Shown in pieces: positions 48,341 to 57,879 of a stretch of 64,000 nt of DNA (positions are counted from its first letter, which is position 1; each line of letters opens with the position of its first letter). The position numbers and the translations under genes are program-made. Location: positions 1 through 64,000 of IMG/VR virus record IMGVR_UViG_3300033183_000491; one strand, given 5' to 3'. The notes below the pieces were generated by a model. That model was not told the origin of the DNA. It saw only the letters and a program-made list of their open reading frames with translations, and ran no database searches.

Positions 48341-51258
48341 AATGGAAGCATCCTTCCATCTTCAACTCTAAACTTGTGATGCATTGTACATTCAACACTT
48401 TTATCATTTTCCAGCGTAATCTTGAATGTTGGAACTTCTCCATGATCATGGTTTGCCAAAACCTGTGTAAATATATCTTCCTTTTTTTCTTCATCTCTTG
48501 ACTTAACGTAAACTCCAGGGACAACATCTTTAATCTCTTTCGTAGATAAATAATTTCCTTCGTGATCATAAGTATCTATTAAAGTATTAAATAGTAAACT
48601 TTTATTGAAGCCGTAAACAGCGAAACCTTCTATCTCTTCCCAAAGTTTTCTTGATATGTGTTCAGGAACATCATTAATTTCTTTTGCGCCTTTAATAAAC
48701 TTTTCTCTTGCAATTGTTTTTTCATCTTTTTTATTTCCCATAGTTGCAAGATTGTTTTTAACAAGTGTTTTTCTTAACTTGTCAGCTTCACCAGGGTCAA
48801 AACCAGATAGTTTTTGTGCAAGAAGCATAAATTGCTCTTGAAAAACAACATAAGAGAAAGTTGGTCCTAAAACTTCTTCAATAATTGGATGGTCATATTT
48901 AATCTGGTCAGCATTTTGTTTAGATTTAACATATTTCTTGTGAACGTTAGCTTTAAGAGGTCCTGGTCGATAAATTGCTGTAAGTGCAGCTAGTTCTTCA
49001 ATATTCTCTGGTTTTGCTTCTAGAGAGAAGTTTCTTGCGCCAGAATTTGTAAATTGAAATATTCCTACAAATCTTCCATCGTGATATACATGTTTCCAAA
49101 CCTCTTGATCATTTTGGTCGTGAAATCTACAGTTAAGATGTTTGTCAAAAAATTCTTTTGCATCTGAAAAAGTTGGGTTTTTATTGCCTTGTTTTTTCAA
49201 GATTTTATAGATACAATTTTCAATGTCTTTTAGTAATGATAACCCCAAGAAATCAAACTTAATAAATCCATTATCTTCTAGATTTCTAAAGTTTAATCCT
49301 TCTGACCAAGGAGTTTGTAATTCGCCACGAACACCGACAATAGGCATTGTTGTTTCTAAATGTTCTGGATCAGCTACAAGAACTCCTCCTGCGTGACGTC
49401 CAATTGCTCTATTTTGCATAAACAAAGAAGCAATATGCGTTTCTACTTCAGGATACCTTTCCATAAAGTCTTTATATTCAGACGAATATTTTTTACAATC
49501 TTCATGTTTAAGAACAAACACAGATTTTTCTTGATCATCACCTTTAGCCATTTTCATGACTTGTTCTTGAAGAGGTCCAGTAACTTTATTAACTTCATCA
49601 AAAGGAATATCGTAAAATTTTGAAATATCTTTAACTAGAGATTTAAGTTTAAGAGTATTAAAATTTGAAACAGGAATAACAGCATCATTACCATATAATT
49701 CTTTTGCTGCGTTAATTAATTCATCACGATCACCTGCATCCGTATCAATGTCAGGCCAACTAACTCTATGTCGCCCTAAAAATCTAGCCCAAAGAAGATC
49801 GTATGGCAAAGGATCAACTTGCGTAATACCTAACAAATAATTAACTAAAGATCCCGCACCTGAGCCTCTTCCTGGACCAAGTAATGTTTTCTTTTCAGCA
49901 CGTTTAAATATTTCATACATCGTAATAAAATAAGCTTCATGTCCAAGATATTTTATATCTGAAAGTTCTTCTTTAGCTCTTTCAACATATTCTTTATTCG
50001 TATGAAGATTATGTTCGATAAGAGATTCTTTAACTAAAGAAGACAAATGCTGAAATGGTGTTTTGTTTGGTACGTTAATTGTTGGAAGTTTAACTCCTGT
50101 ATCAATCCATGTATCTTCAAACTCATTCCAAACAATATCGTGAGTTCTATTAATAGCATCACTAACAAGTTGCTCATTACCTTTATAAAAATCATATAAT
50201 GGATATGAATCTAAAAATTCATCCCACATTTGTGATGCATTCTTTGGATATAATTCGCATTTAAGGTCTTCAAACTCAGGTAAAGTAAGATTGTCTCTTT
50301 TACCTAACCATCCAAGTTTTTTATATAGTTCTCTTGCTTGCCATTTTTCATTTGAAGGATAATGCGAATCTGCTGTACAGATAAGTGGAATACCTGTTAA
50401 CTTGTGATGTTCAATAAGATAGTCATTAACAGTATGCTGTTTTTCTAATTTATTAAATTGAAGTTCTAATTTAAAATTATTTTCGCCAACGCAAGAAACA
50501 AATCTATCTGTTAGGTTTAATAATTCTTTTTGAATTTGCTCGCGAGATTGATTATGTACTTCACCTCTTAGAATACGATTACTAAAAAGTCCGCCAAGAC
50601 ATGCGGTTGATATATGTAATCCTTCACCATGTTCTTGAAGCATTTGAAAATCAATACGAGGATATCTATAAAACCCGTATTTATAAGATTTTTTAACTAA
50701 AGTAAATAAATTGTGAAGACCTTTTTGGTTTCTTGCAGTTACGACAAGATGATAGCGTCGTTTCCATTCGTCTTTAAGAATATCTACGTTTTTTGTTTCG
50801 TCTTCGTCCTCGACAACTAAACCACCACTTTCATCATCTGCATCAATGTCAATTTTCTCTTTAGACTTCTTTTCAGCTGCAGCAGCTGTCTTAGCATCTT
50901 GAATAGCTTGTTTATGTGCGGCATAATCTTCTTTCCATTGCTGAAGAGATGGAACAAAATAAAATTCAACACCATAAATTTGTCTAAATTTTCTTCCAGA
51001 CTTTTGCATTCTAACTGCATGAGATCGTGCATGCGCAAGTCCATTACCATTACCATGATCAGTTAATGCCCATGCATCCATACCTTGAGATTCTGATATT
51101 ACAAAATCAATGTGGTCTGAAGGATATCCTAATCCATCAAATGTAGATACCTAGGAGAAGGTTGAATGGGCATGCAAACCAACGAATCTGTCGGGTCTAA
51201 GCATATCAAGTTCAACCTTCTCTAGGTACCTCCTTTCTGTTTTAAATGTATTATTCAT
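48286..51258 (-). CDS. dnaE: DNA polymerase III alpha, N-terminal half (PHP + polymerase + IntN), with in-frame TAG at 51151-51153
   Basis: An ATG at 51258 (or 51204) is in frame with the 931-aa ORF; FVGLHAHSTFS-TAG-VS-TFDG, LTDHG, GVE, TADSHY, GRGSGAGSL, WPDIDTD, FDFLGL and YGFNK. Confidence 0.9.
48289..48600 (-). mobile_element. Split intein N-fragment (104 aa)
   Basis: Begins after YGFNK with Ser1 (SLLFNT); block B CTMHHKF; ends at a TAA. Confidence 0.9.
51145..51231 (-). other. 21-bp hairpin in dnaE mRNA enclosing the premature UAG
   Basis: Arms at 51211-51231 and 51145-51166: 12 bp, a bulged C, then 9 bp with one G-U pair; 44-nt loop. Confidence 0.9.
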
Positions 51259-51292
51259 TATATACCTTTTTAATATGTTTAAATTGTGATTT

Positions 51293-51322
51293 ATTATATC
51301 AATGTAATGTTTATATTTACAC
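51293..51322 (-). promoter_or_regulatory. Promoter GTGTAA-N18-TATAAT for dnaE-N
   Basis: Exact motif 35 nt upstream of the ATG at 51258. Confidence 0.75.
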
Positions 51323-51359
51323 ATAAAAGATATAATAAGGTTTAACTAATAAAAAATTT

Positions 51360-52553
51360 TTATAGACTTGCTTCATCATTTAAAAGTTTAAAAGTTCTTT
51401 GTTCATTGAATCTCATTACTTTACCATATTTGAGACGCATACTTTCTACACAACTTATTATATTATTTGGACTCTGTGCGTCTTCACTATATCTATTAAA
51501 AAACTCTATTAAAGCATCTAAAGATTTAAATCCTCCTCCAAGACCCCAGTAACATTCGCCTGCAAACCACATTCTTGCTCTATTTGGCATCCATCTATTT
51601 TTAATACACAGATTAATCTCTCTATCAAGACTTTCTAAACCTGTGTTTCCATTAAACAATTGTTCTTTTGTGAAAACAGGGTCAAATAGGTTATTAGTAA
51701 GATTATTTATAGATTCTTTATCAAGTACTTTATTACAAATTGATTTTGTTTCTTCACAAAGACTTATATTTTTAGATCTTATTTTATTAATACAAATTTC
51801 TCTAAAAGCCAATTGTCGTAATATAGGGACATGTTTATTTTCTTTGGTTAACCCTAACGAAGTTTGAGATAAAATTATGTGTATTAATTCTCGACTATCT
51901 ATTACTCCATGATGTAGATACTTAGAAATCTTTGTACTTCCATTTCTACTATTTCTAGTATTAGAATAATTCTCAACAACACTCTTTAAAGAAGATAAAT
52001 GATCTTTTAAAATTAATCCAAAGTTTTGAGCCATTTCAAAATTAACATAGTATTTTTCTCCAAAAGGTTTATAAAAAGAAAAATCTTTTTCTTTAATAAA
52101 AACTTTATCTTTTGACAATCTATTTCGATCCCAAAAAATCCATCTACTCTTTGCAGACATTTTCTCACATTCAGGAATATAAGAATCATTGTCTATTTCT
52201 AATACATTAACGTTTTTAGAGAAATTAATTTTTTTACTGAAAAGTGGTTTGTCATATAAAACTGTATCAACTTTATTTTCTATACAGAAATCTTCTATTT
52301 CTTTTTCTGGATTTTTTGTCTTAAGAATATAAAGACTTTGTCCATATTTTTTTTCTAGTTTATATGCAAAATAGTTTATTGTTTCTTTGAAAAAAGAAGA
52401 GCCAAATTCAGTATATAATTTCTTTGCATTTGAATCGTAATACCAGTTAGAAACATATACTATAGATATTTCTTTATACGTAGAAAAAGCAAATTTAATC
52501 ATAAGACTATTTAATCTAAAACTATGATCTAATACAATTAAACATTTAGACAT
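51360..52553 (-). CDS. phr: DNA photolyase/cryptochrome-like protein
   Basis: TKISKYLHHG, LRQLAFRE, GNTG..SLD, WMPNRARMWFA and DAQSPNN; divergent, with a short C-terminus. Confidence 0.75.
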   Translation of the reverse strand: MSKCLIVLDHSFRLNSLMIKFAFSTYKEISIVYVSNWYYDSNAKKLYTEFGSSFFKETINYFAYKLEKKYGQSLYILKTKNPEKEIEDFCIENKVDTVLYDKPLFSKKINFSKNVNVLEIDNDSYIPECEKMSAKSRWIFWDRNRLSKDKVFIKEKDFSFYKPFGEKYYVNFEMAQNFGLILKDHLSSLKSVVENYSNTRNSRNGSTKISKYLHHGVIDSRELIHIILSQTSLGLTKENKHVPILRQLAFREICINKIRSKNISLCEETKSICNKVLDKESINNLTNNLFDPVFTKEQLFNGNTGLESLDREINLCIKNRWMPNRARMWFAGECYWGLGGGFKSLDALIEFFNRYSEDAQSPNNIISCVESMRLKYGKVMRFNEQRTFKLLNDEASL

Positions 52554-52573
52554 AATAATCCTTTTTTTGTTTT

Positions 52574-52603
52574 ATTATATTGAATTAATATTTATATTTA
52601 CAC
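52574..52603 (-). promoter_or_regulatory. Promoter GTGTAA-N18-TATAAT
   Basis: Upstream of the photolyase-like gene. Confidence 0.75.
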
Positions 52604-52621
52604 AAATAAAAAAGGATTATT

Positions 52622-54991
52622 ATGAATACAAAAAATTTATTAAGAGAATGGAAGACTTTTCTTCTCAATGAACATAAAGTTTTTTCTTTACAAGAAATTA
52701 TTCAAACATTAATACAATCTCAAAGAAGTGAAAAAGAAGTTGCTTATCTTAAAGATTTTTGGATTAATAATAGATTTATTACAAAATATACACAAGTCAT
52801 TCGAGACGAAATTAAATATACTCATGAACCGATTGAAGAAATATTAGATGTTTGCGAGTTACATTACGAAAAAATATATCAATCTGCAGGCCCAGATATT
52901 AAAGATCAAATAGGCAGCGGAAATATTACTATAGACGATCTTAGAAAGCAAATAGATTTTAATTTTAATTTTAATAAAAATGAAATTAGACAACAATGTG
53001 ACTACCAGAATAATAGACCTGTGGTTGGAAATTATCAAGATTTTGATATAGTATATAGTGAATCAGATTTTATAGTGATAGAGCCTAAAACAACAAAAGG
53101 TTCAATAGCTTGGGCTCATGGTAAACCTGACGGTTCAGAAGAAACTGATCAAGATAGAAGAGTAGGTTGGTGCACAGGAGTCTCTTCAGTCAACAATATG
53201 TTTCAAAACTATGCAGGTGATTTACACATGTTTTATGTTATTAATACAGATTATGATAATGATAATTCTAAGAATAGAAGAATATGTTTGTCATTCGTCG
53301 TTATAAATGGTGAGCCTTCCCTTAAAGAAGAATCTTTTTCAACTGTTAATGCTTTAAATAAATCGATAGACAAAGAAGACATAGAAAATATTAAAAATCA
53401 AAAATTCTATCAGAACATCTTAGAAAGACTTCAAGGTAGAAAAGAAACCTCATATCAAAATATTTATAGTAAAGCTTCTATAGGACAAATTATAAGAATT
53501 ATAAAACAGATGAAAAGAAACAATCTTAGTGATAATTTATTAGACGAAGAAATAAAAAATTATATAAGATATACTGAATTTGACGATGTGCTATTACATT
53601 TTTTTCAAGATAAAAAATACGAAGAAATAATTACACGTAAAGTTTCTAAAGATAATGTAAGATTTGATAATACATTTAAAAAAGTATTAGAAATAGACGA
53701 ACTTTTACCGATAGTTGCAAAATATACTCAAGATCAAGATATAATTAAATTTTTAATTTCAAAAAAAATGTTTAATATAAATTGGGAACTTTTCCATAAT
53801 GAAAATGTTGACGAATCAATAAAAAAAGAATTATCTGACTATATTGTTCCTCCTTATGAGACTTTTAATAAAGAAACTCCCATACAAGATTTAATTCATT
53901 TTATAGGACTTTTTCTCAAAAGCCAAAGCACAAAATCTACTATTTTAGAAAATATCTTTAAAAATGTTTCATATGATAATTTAAAAAATATATTTTATTT
54001 ATTATTTATAGAAAAAGACGCAGATGAAATTATTGGTAAATCATTCATTGGAAATGACCATAGTCTTAAAAGCAAAAAAAATCTTTATTGTCAAATCATT
54101 TTATATATTAAAAAAATCAATCCAGAAAAATTTTCTCAAAATTTTGATTTTTGGCTTGACTTATTAATAAATAACTTCTTCACAGATAAAATTCTGGAAA
54201 ACTTTGAAATAAGTTATTTATTATCCGATGTAAATCTAAACGATAGACAAGTAAACAAACTCATCAGACTTTCTATGAGTTTAACAGCAATACCAAATAA
54301 TCGATCAAATGTTAAGTTAATAACATGCTTATATAGTCTCGATCTTAGTGACACTCAAAATAAAAAAATTAACAGCATAATAGAATTTGAAAATGAATAT
54401 TTTTCTAGCAAAATATTCAATAATATTTATTATAACTTAGATAAGTTAAATAACTTTGATATATATGATTTTTCTTTAGAGTTGTTTAATAGTTCAAACG
54501 AATCTCAAAAAAGTTATCTATCACTTGCTGTTCAAAAAGCTCTTGGTGAGTTTTGTCCAGAACTAATTAGTAATTATACAAATAATAGTATTCCTAACTA
54601 TTTAAAACTTTTGTCTGAAGAATGTCTAGATTTACCTTATGAAGAATATAGCAAACTATTTCATCAAGCTAATTTTGATGATTTTGTAAAAGAATTCAAT
54701 AGCGAAAGTTATGAATTTTATGACAAATACATTGAATTCATAGAATATTTTCGTGAATGTAATATAGTTCAAGAAAACCCTGAAGGTGTGTATAATCTTT
54801 TTAAATCAATAGGAATAGATCTTTCTAGTGAAAGATCACTTGAATATTTCTTTTATGGTTTTGAATTTGATGATGTGGAGGAATGTAAAGAGATGTTTGA
54901 GAATGAGCCTTACTTAAAACCAATTTTTGGTCGAAACATAGACTTAAATGAATCTTTATTGAAAAAATATATTAGCTTACTAATTTTTTAA
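52622..54991 (+). CDS. Large hypothetical protein with LLREWKTFLLNE leader and a leader-like C-terminus
   Basis: IVIEP....SIAW....GWCT core; ends LNESLLKKYISLLIF. Confidence 0.7.
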   Translation: MNTKNLLREWKTFLLNEHKVFSLQEIIQTLIQSQRSEKEVAYLKDFWINNRFITKYTQVIRDEIKYTHEPIEEILDVCELHYEKIYQSAGPDIKDQIGSGNITIDDLRKQIDFNFNFNKNEIRQQCDYQNNRPVVGNYQDFDIVYSESDFIVIEPKTTKGSIAWAHGKPDGSEETDQDRRVGWCTGVSSVNNMFQNYAGDLHMFYVINTDYDNDNSKNRRICLSFVVINGEPSLKEESFSTVNALNKSIDKEDIENIKNQKFYQNILERLQGRKETSYQNIYSKASIGQIIRIIKQMKRNNLSDNLLDEEIKNYIRYTEFDDVLLHFFQDKKYEEIITRKVSKDNVRFDNTFKKVLEIDELLPIVAKYTQDQDIIKFLISKKMFNINWELFHNENVDESIKKELSDYIVPPYETFNKETPIQDLIHFIGLFLKSQSTKSTILENIFKNVSYDNLKNIFYLLFIEKDADEIIGKSFIGNDHSLKSKKNLYCQIILYIKKINPEKFSQNFDFWLDLLINNFFTDKILENFEISYLLSDVNLNDRQVNKLIRLSMSLTAIPNNRSNVKLITCLYSLDLSDTQNKKINSIIEFENEYFSSKIFNNIYYNLDKLNNFDIYDFSLELFNSSNESQKSYLSLAVQKALGEFCPELISNYTNNSIPNYLKLLSEECLDLPYEEYSKLFHQANFDDFVKEFNSESYEFYDKYIEFIEYFRECNIVQENPEGVYNLFKSIGIDLSSERSLEYFFYGFEFDDVEECKEMFENEPYLKPIFGRNIDLNESLLKKYISLLIF

Positions 54992-55002
54992 AAAATTTAA
55001 TA

Positions 55003-55227
55003 TTATATTTTTTTGACCCATATTCCATCTTGATTTTCCAAATCTATTGTTTCTTTTGAAGTTCCGTTTAAATAGACAATTAAACCTTTTACAAAGTAAT
55101 GATCTTGAATAATTTCTAAAATCAAGCAATTATTTTTTATTTTTTCACCATAGAAAAATATATCAATTATATCACCTTTTTTTAATTGTGAAACAAAACG
55201 TATTTCTTTTTCATGATCATCGGACAT
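55003..55227 (-). CDS. Small SH3/KOW-like protein
   Basis: LKKGDII...CLILEI. Confidence 0.55.
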   Translation of the reverse strand: MSDDHEKEIRFVSQLKKGDIIDIFFYGEKIKNNCLILEIIQDHYFVKGLIVYLNGTSKETIDLENQDGIWVKKI

Positions 55228-56428
55228 CTAAATTTGGTCTTCCCCATCTTAAAGTTATTTTTGCATTGTTATTAAGCATGTTTGTACATATATTAAAAGG
55301 ATCAACATCATAAAATTTTAAAATTTTATAAAGATCATCATACAAATAATCAACTCCTTCTTCTAAAATTTGTAAATCATTAAAAACATTTAAATCACCA
55401 TCAGCTATGACAGGTCCTATTCTACACATAATCTCTTCAATAATCGCATTAAAAGCTTCGGCTACTTGATTTGCGTTAACAACAAAAGAAAATTCATTAG
55501 GCGCAGTATTAAGAGTATTTCCGCTTATAGATTGTAATGCATTTGTATTTGCATTGTCTACACCTAATGTATAAACTGTAATGCAAGGATTTATATTCGT
55601 TGAATAAATGCAGTTATCATCGTTAAGATTCATTATGTGATTTTGTACAAAATTTTGCGAAGGACCAATCCCTTCATTTGGAGAACCATCTGATATTAAC
55701 AGTATGTAGTATGCTTCGTAATCAGATGACAATACTTGTTGTATTGCTTTATTTAAAGGAGCTAAGAAATTTGTGCCTCCGCCTGGTGATCTATTATTAA
55801 TCATAGAAGCCACAGTTTGTTTGTGTTGAGGGCTTTTACCAATATTTGATGAAACTATTATGTCACTACTATAAAGAATAACAGAGTAACTCAGATTAAA
55901 ATCTGAATTTATAAATTGATTGACTGTGTCTTTAAGTTGTTGTATTCTATTACCTCTCATAGATCCACTATAATCTAATAGCATTATTACAGCAGCATCT
56001 ATTAGGTCAACGTCGTGAGTTTCTTCAGAAACAGATATTTTAATTGACTTTGACGTTTCTCCTCTACCCGGATTATAGCTTGAAGATATTCCAAACTTTC
56101 TTTCACAAACGTTTTCGAAATTACATTCAAGACCTAGATCAATACATGTAAAGTCTGGCGTAACATTATTTGAAAGACTTGATGCACATTCATTAAGATA
56201 ATCTGGTGAACAAATATCTTCAATATTATTTGTTTTAATAATAGACGATCCTAAACCAATACCACAAGAGTTTAAGACTTGCTTTTCTTCCATCACATTT
56301 AAAGATATTCTTCCATATTGTATTGTGATAAAAGACAAAATTGCTAATACAGCAGATACTAATACTATTGTAATAGCTGCAAAACCTTTATTTTTTCTTT
56401 TTTGTATATATGAGATGTCTTGTTCCAT
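55217..56428 (-). CDS. TadG-like protein: N-terminal pilin-like helix plus vWA domain
   Basis: KG-FAAITIVLV hydrophobic helix; MIDAS LLDYSGS, GGTNF, LISDG and VYTLGV. Confidence 0.75.
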   Translation of the reverse strand: MEQDISYIQKRKNKGFAAITIVLVSAVLAILSFITIQYGRISLNVMEEKQVLNSCGIGLGSSIIKTNNIEDICSPDYLNECASSLSNNVTPDFTCIDLGLECNFENVCERKFGISSSYNPGRGETSKSIKISVSEETHDVDLIDAAVIMLLDYSGSMRGNRIQQLKDTVNQFINSDFNLSYSVILYSSDIIVSSNIGKSPQHKQTVASMINNRSPGGGTNFLAPLNKAIQQVLSSDYEAYYILLISDGSPNEGIGPSQNFVQNHIMNLNDDNCIYSTNINPCITVYTLGVDNANTNALQSISGNTLNTAPNEFSFVVNANQVAEAFNAIIEEIMCRIGPVIADGDLNVFNDLQILEEGVDYLYDDLYKILKFYDVDPFNICTNMLNNNAKITLRWGRPNLDVR

Positions 56429-57140
56429 GATAATTTTTATTTTCTATATTGTCAATTGTCCAATAATGATTACTTTGTTTTATTTGTTTATAAAAGTCTC
56501 TCATTAGCAAAATATCTATGTTGATTCCTTCTTGTTTTAATAAGTCAACAGCCAATATATTTGAATTAAATTTTCGATCTCTTCTGATTGCCTTTAACTC
56601 AACATATTTGTCTTCATCAGGATGATAGAAGTCTGGAGTATATTGTTTATCTTTTCCTCCGTAATTCACAGTAAAAGTTTTATGTTCATAAATATAACTT
56701 TTATTTGTTGCTTCACACCATCTTGCATAGTCTGCTTCTAAAGATGACTTAAAAAAATAATTGTTTGGAAGATCATATCGATATCCTAATCTTCCATTTG
56801 AAGGTATTTCATGCATTCCGCTACTTTGTGCACTATTTTGACATTTCTTTCCACAGTATTTTGTTTCTCTCCCGATAGGTTTTTCATAATTAATACCACA
56901 ATAATTACAATTTAATTGCACTCTTTCAGTTTTTGTTTTTAAGAGATAGCATTCTCTTGAACAAAATTTAACGCCTCTTTTAGAGTTAAAACTTTTATTA
57001 CAATTTTCACATGAAGAGACTATTGAATTATTTTTTGATGAGTCTTTACAAGATTTAGAACAATATTTTGAAGACTTTATTCTGGATTTAGGTCTCTCAT
57101 ATTCAGAATTACATTTTTCACATATTAAGGTAACTGGCAT
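56388..57140 (-). mobile_element. Free-standing homing endonuclease (CxxC/YCSxxC repeats + PD-(D/E)XK nuclease)
   Basis: Three CxxC...KxCSxxC units; FKSSLE..YA, YEHKTF, YTPDFY and YVELKA. Confidence 0.75.
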
Positions 57141-57199
57141 ATTTTCTCCTTTTTAGATAAATATGACTCAGCGTATGTACCTTAAGCATTGTAAATATA

Positions 57200-57457
57200 T
57201 TATAATTTAGAGATATGTTTGATTTTTACTCTTTTATTTCTACTAATATTTAATTTTCTTATTTTATTATTAAATAAAATTTCGATAGAGTGTGGTCTTA
57301 TATCGTTCTCTTTATATAGAACTTTTGTGATTAAACAATTTTCATATTTAGAGTTTTTTAGTATTTGTCTGTATTCTAAAACGACGTCGATTAAATCTCC
57401 AATATTTTTTTCGTCTAAGTAGTAATCATTAGTCAGATAAAAAAAGTTTTCTTCCAT
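57200..57457 (-). CDS. Small SH3/KOW-like protein
   Basis: IGDLIDV...CLITKV. Confidence 0.55.
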   Translation of the reverse strand: MEENFFYLTNDYYLDEKNIGDLIDVVLEYRQILKNSKYENCLITKVLYKENDIRPHSIEILFNNKIRKLNISRNKRVKIKHISKL

Positions 57458-57671
57458 AAATATTCTCGTTTATTATTGTATAATCCATTATACTAAAAGG
57501 GATAAGATCAACTTCGTTTAATTCATTTAAAATTGATATCATATAAGAAAAATTTAAATCTTCTTTGATTTTTAAGATAATGCCAAATTTATCATCTTCA
57601 TTAGAAAATAAAAAATTATATCTAACAAGTTGGCCTTTTTTAAGATCTAAAATTTTAGATTTATCTTTCAT
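57429..57671 (-). CDS. Small SH3/KOW-like protein
   Basis: LKKGQLVRY...FGIILKI. Confidence 0.55.
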   Translation of the reverse strand: MKDKSKILDLKKGQLVRYNFLFSNEDDKFGIILKIKEDLNFSYMISILNELNEVDLIPFSIMDYTIINENIYGRKLFLSD

Positions 57672-57879
57672 GAAACTCCGATATTATTTTTGCATAAATT
57701 ATCAACTCAGAATCAATCTTCTGAATTTCTTTTCCATTAAGTAAATAAACATTAGTGATACCATTCCAGTAATCAGTTTTAATATCTAGAACTAAACAAA
57801 TATTTGGAGTACCTTCTATAAACTTGTCTTTTCTATAGTAAGAAATTAAACTTCCTTTTTTAAATCTCTTTTGATCCAA
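57661..57879 (-). CDS. Small SH3/KOW-like protein
   Basis: FKKGSLISY...CLVLDI. Confidence 0.55.
   Translation of the reverse strand: MDQKRFKKGSLISYYRKDKFIEGTPNICLVLDIKTDYWNGITNVYLLNGKEIQKIDSELIIYAKIISEFHER

Noticed and set aside
51151-51153. Genome-wide TAG reassignment (alternative genetic code) as the explanation for the dnaE stop
   Set aside because: Other conserved genes are intact in the standard code with no internal TAG, and TAG ends genes normally (67-69, 44155-44157). Simple readthrough would also leave a 3-aa insertion in a fixed-spacing motif. A suppressor tRNA elsewhere in the genome cannot be excluded from this window.
51145-51231. Invertible DNA switch between the inverted repeats
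   Set aside because: Inverting the 44-bp spacer would destroy the HAH motif and would not remove the TAG. No recombinase is nearby.
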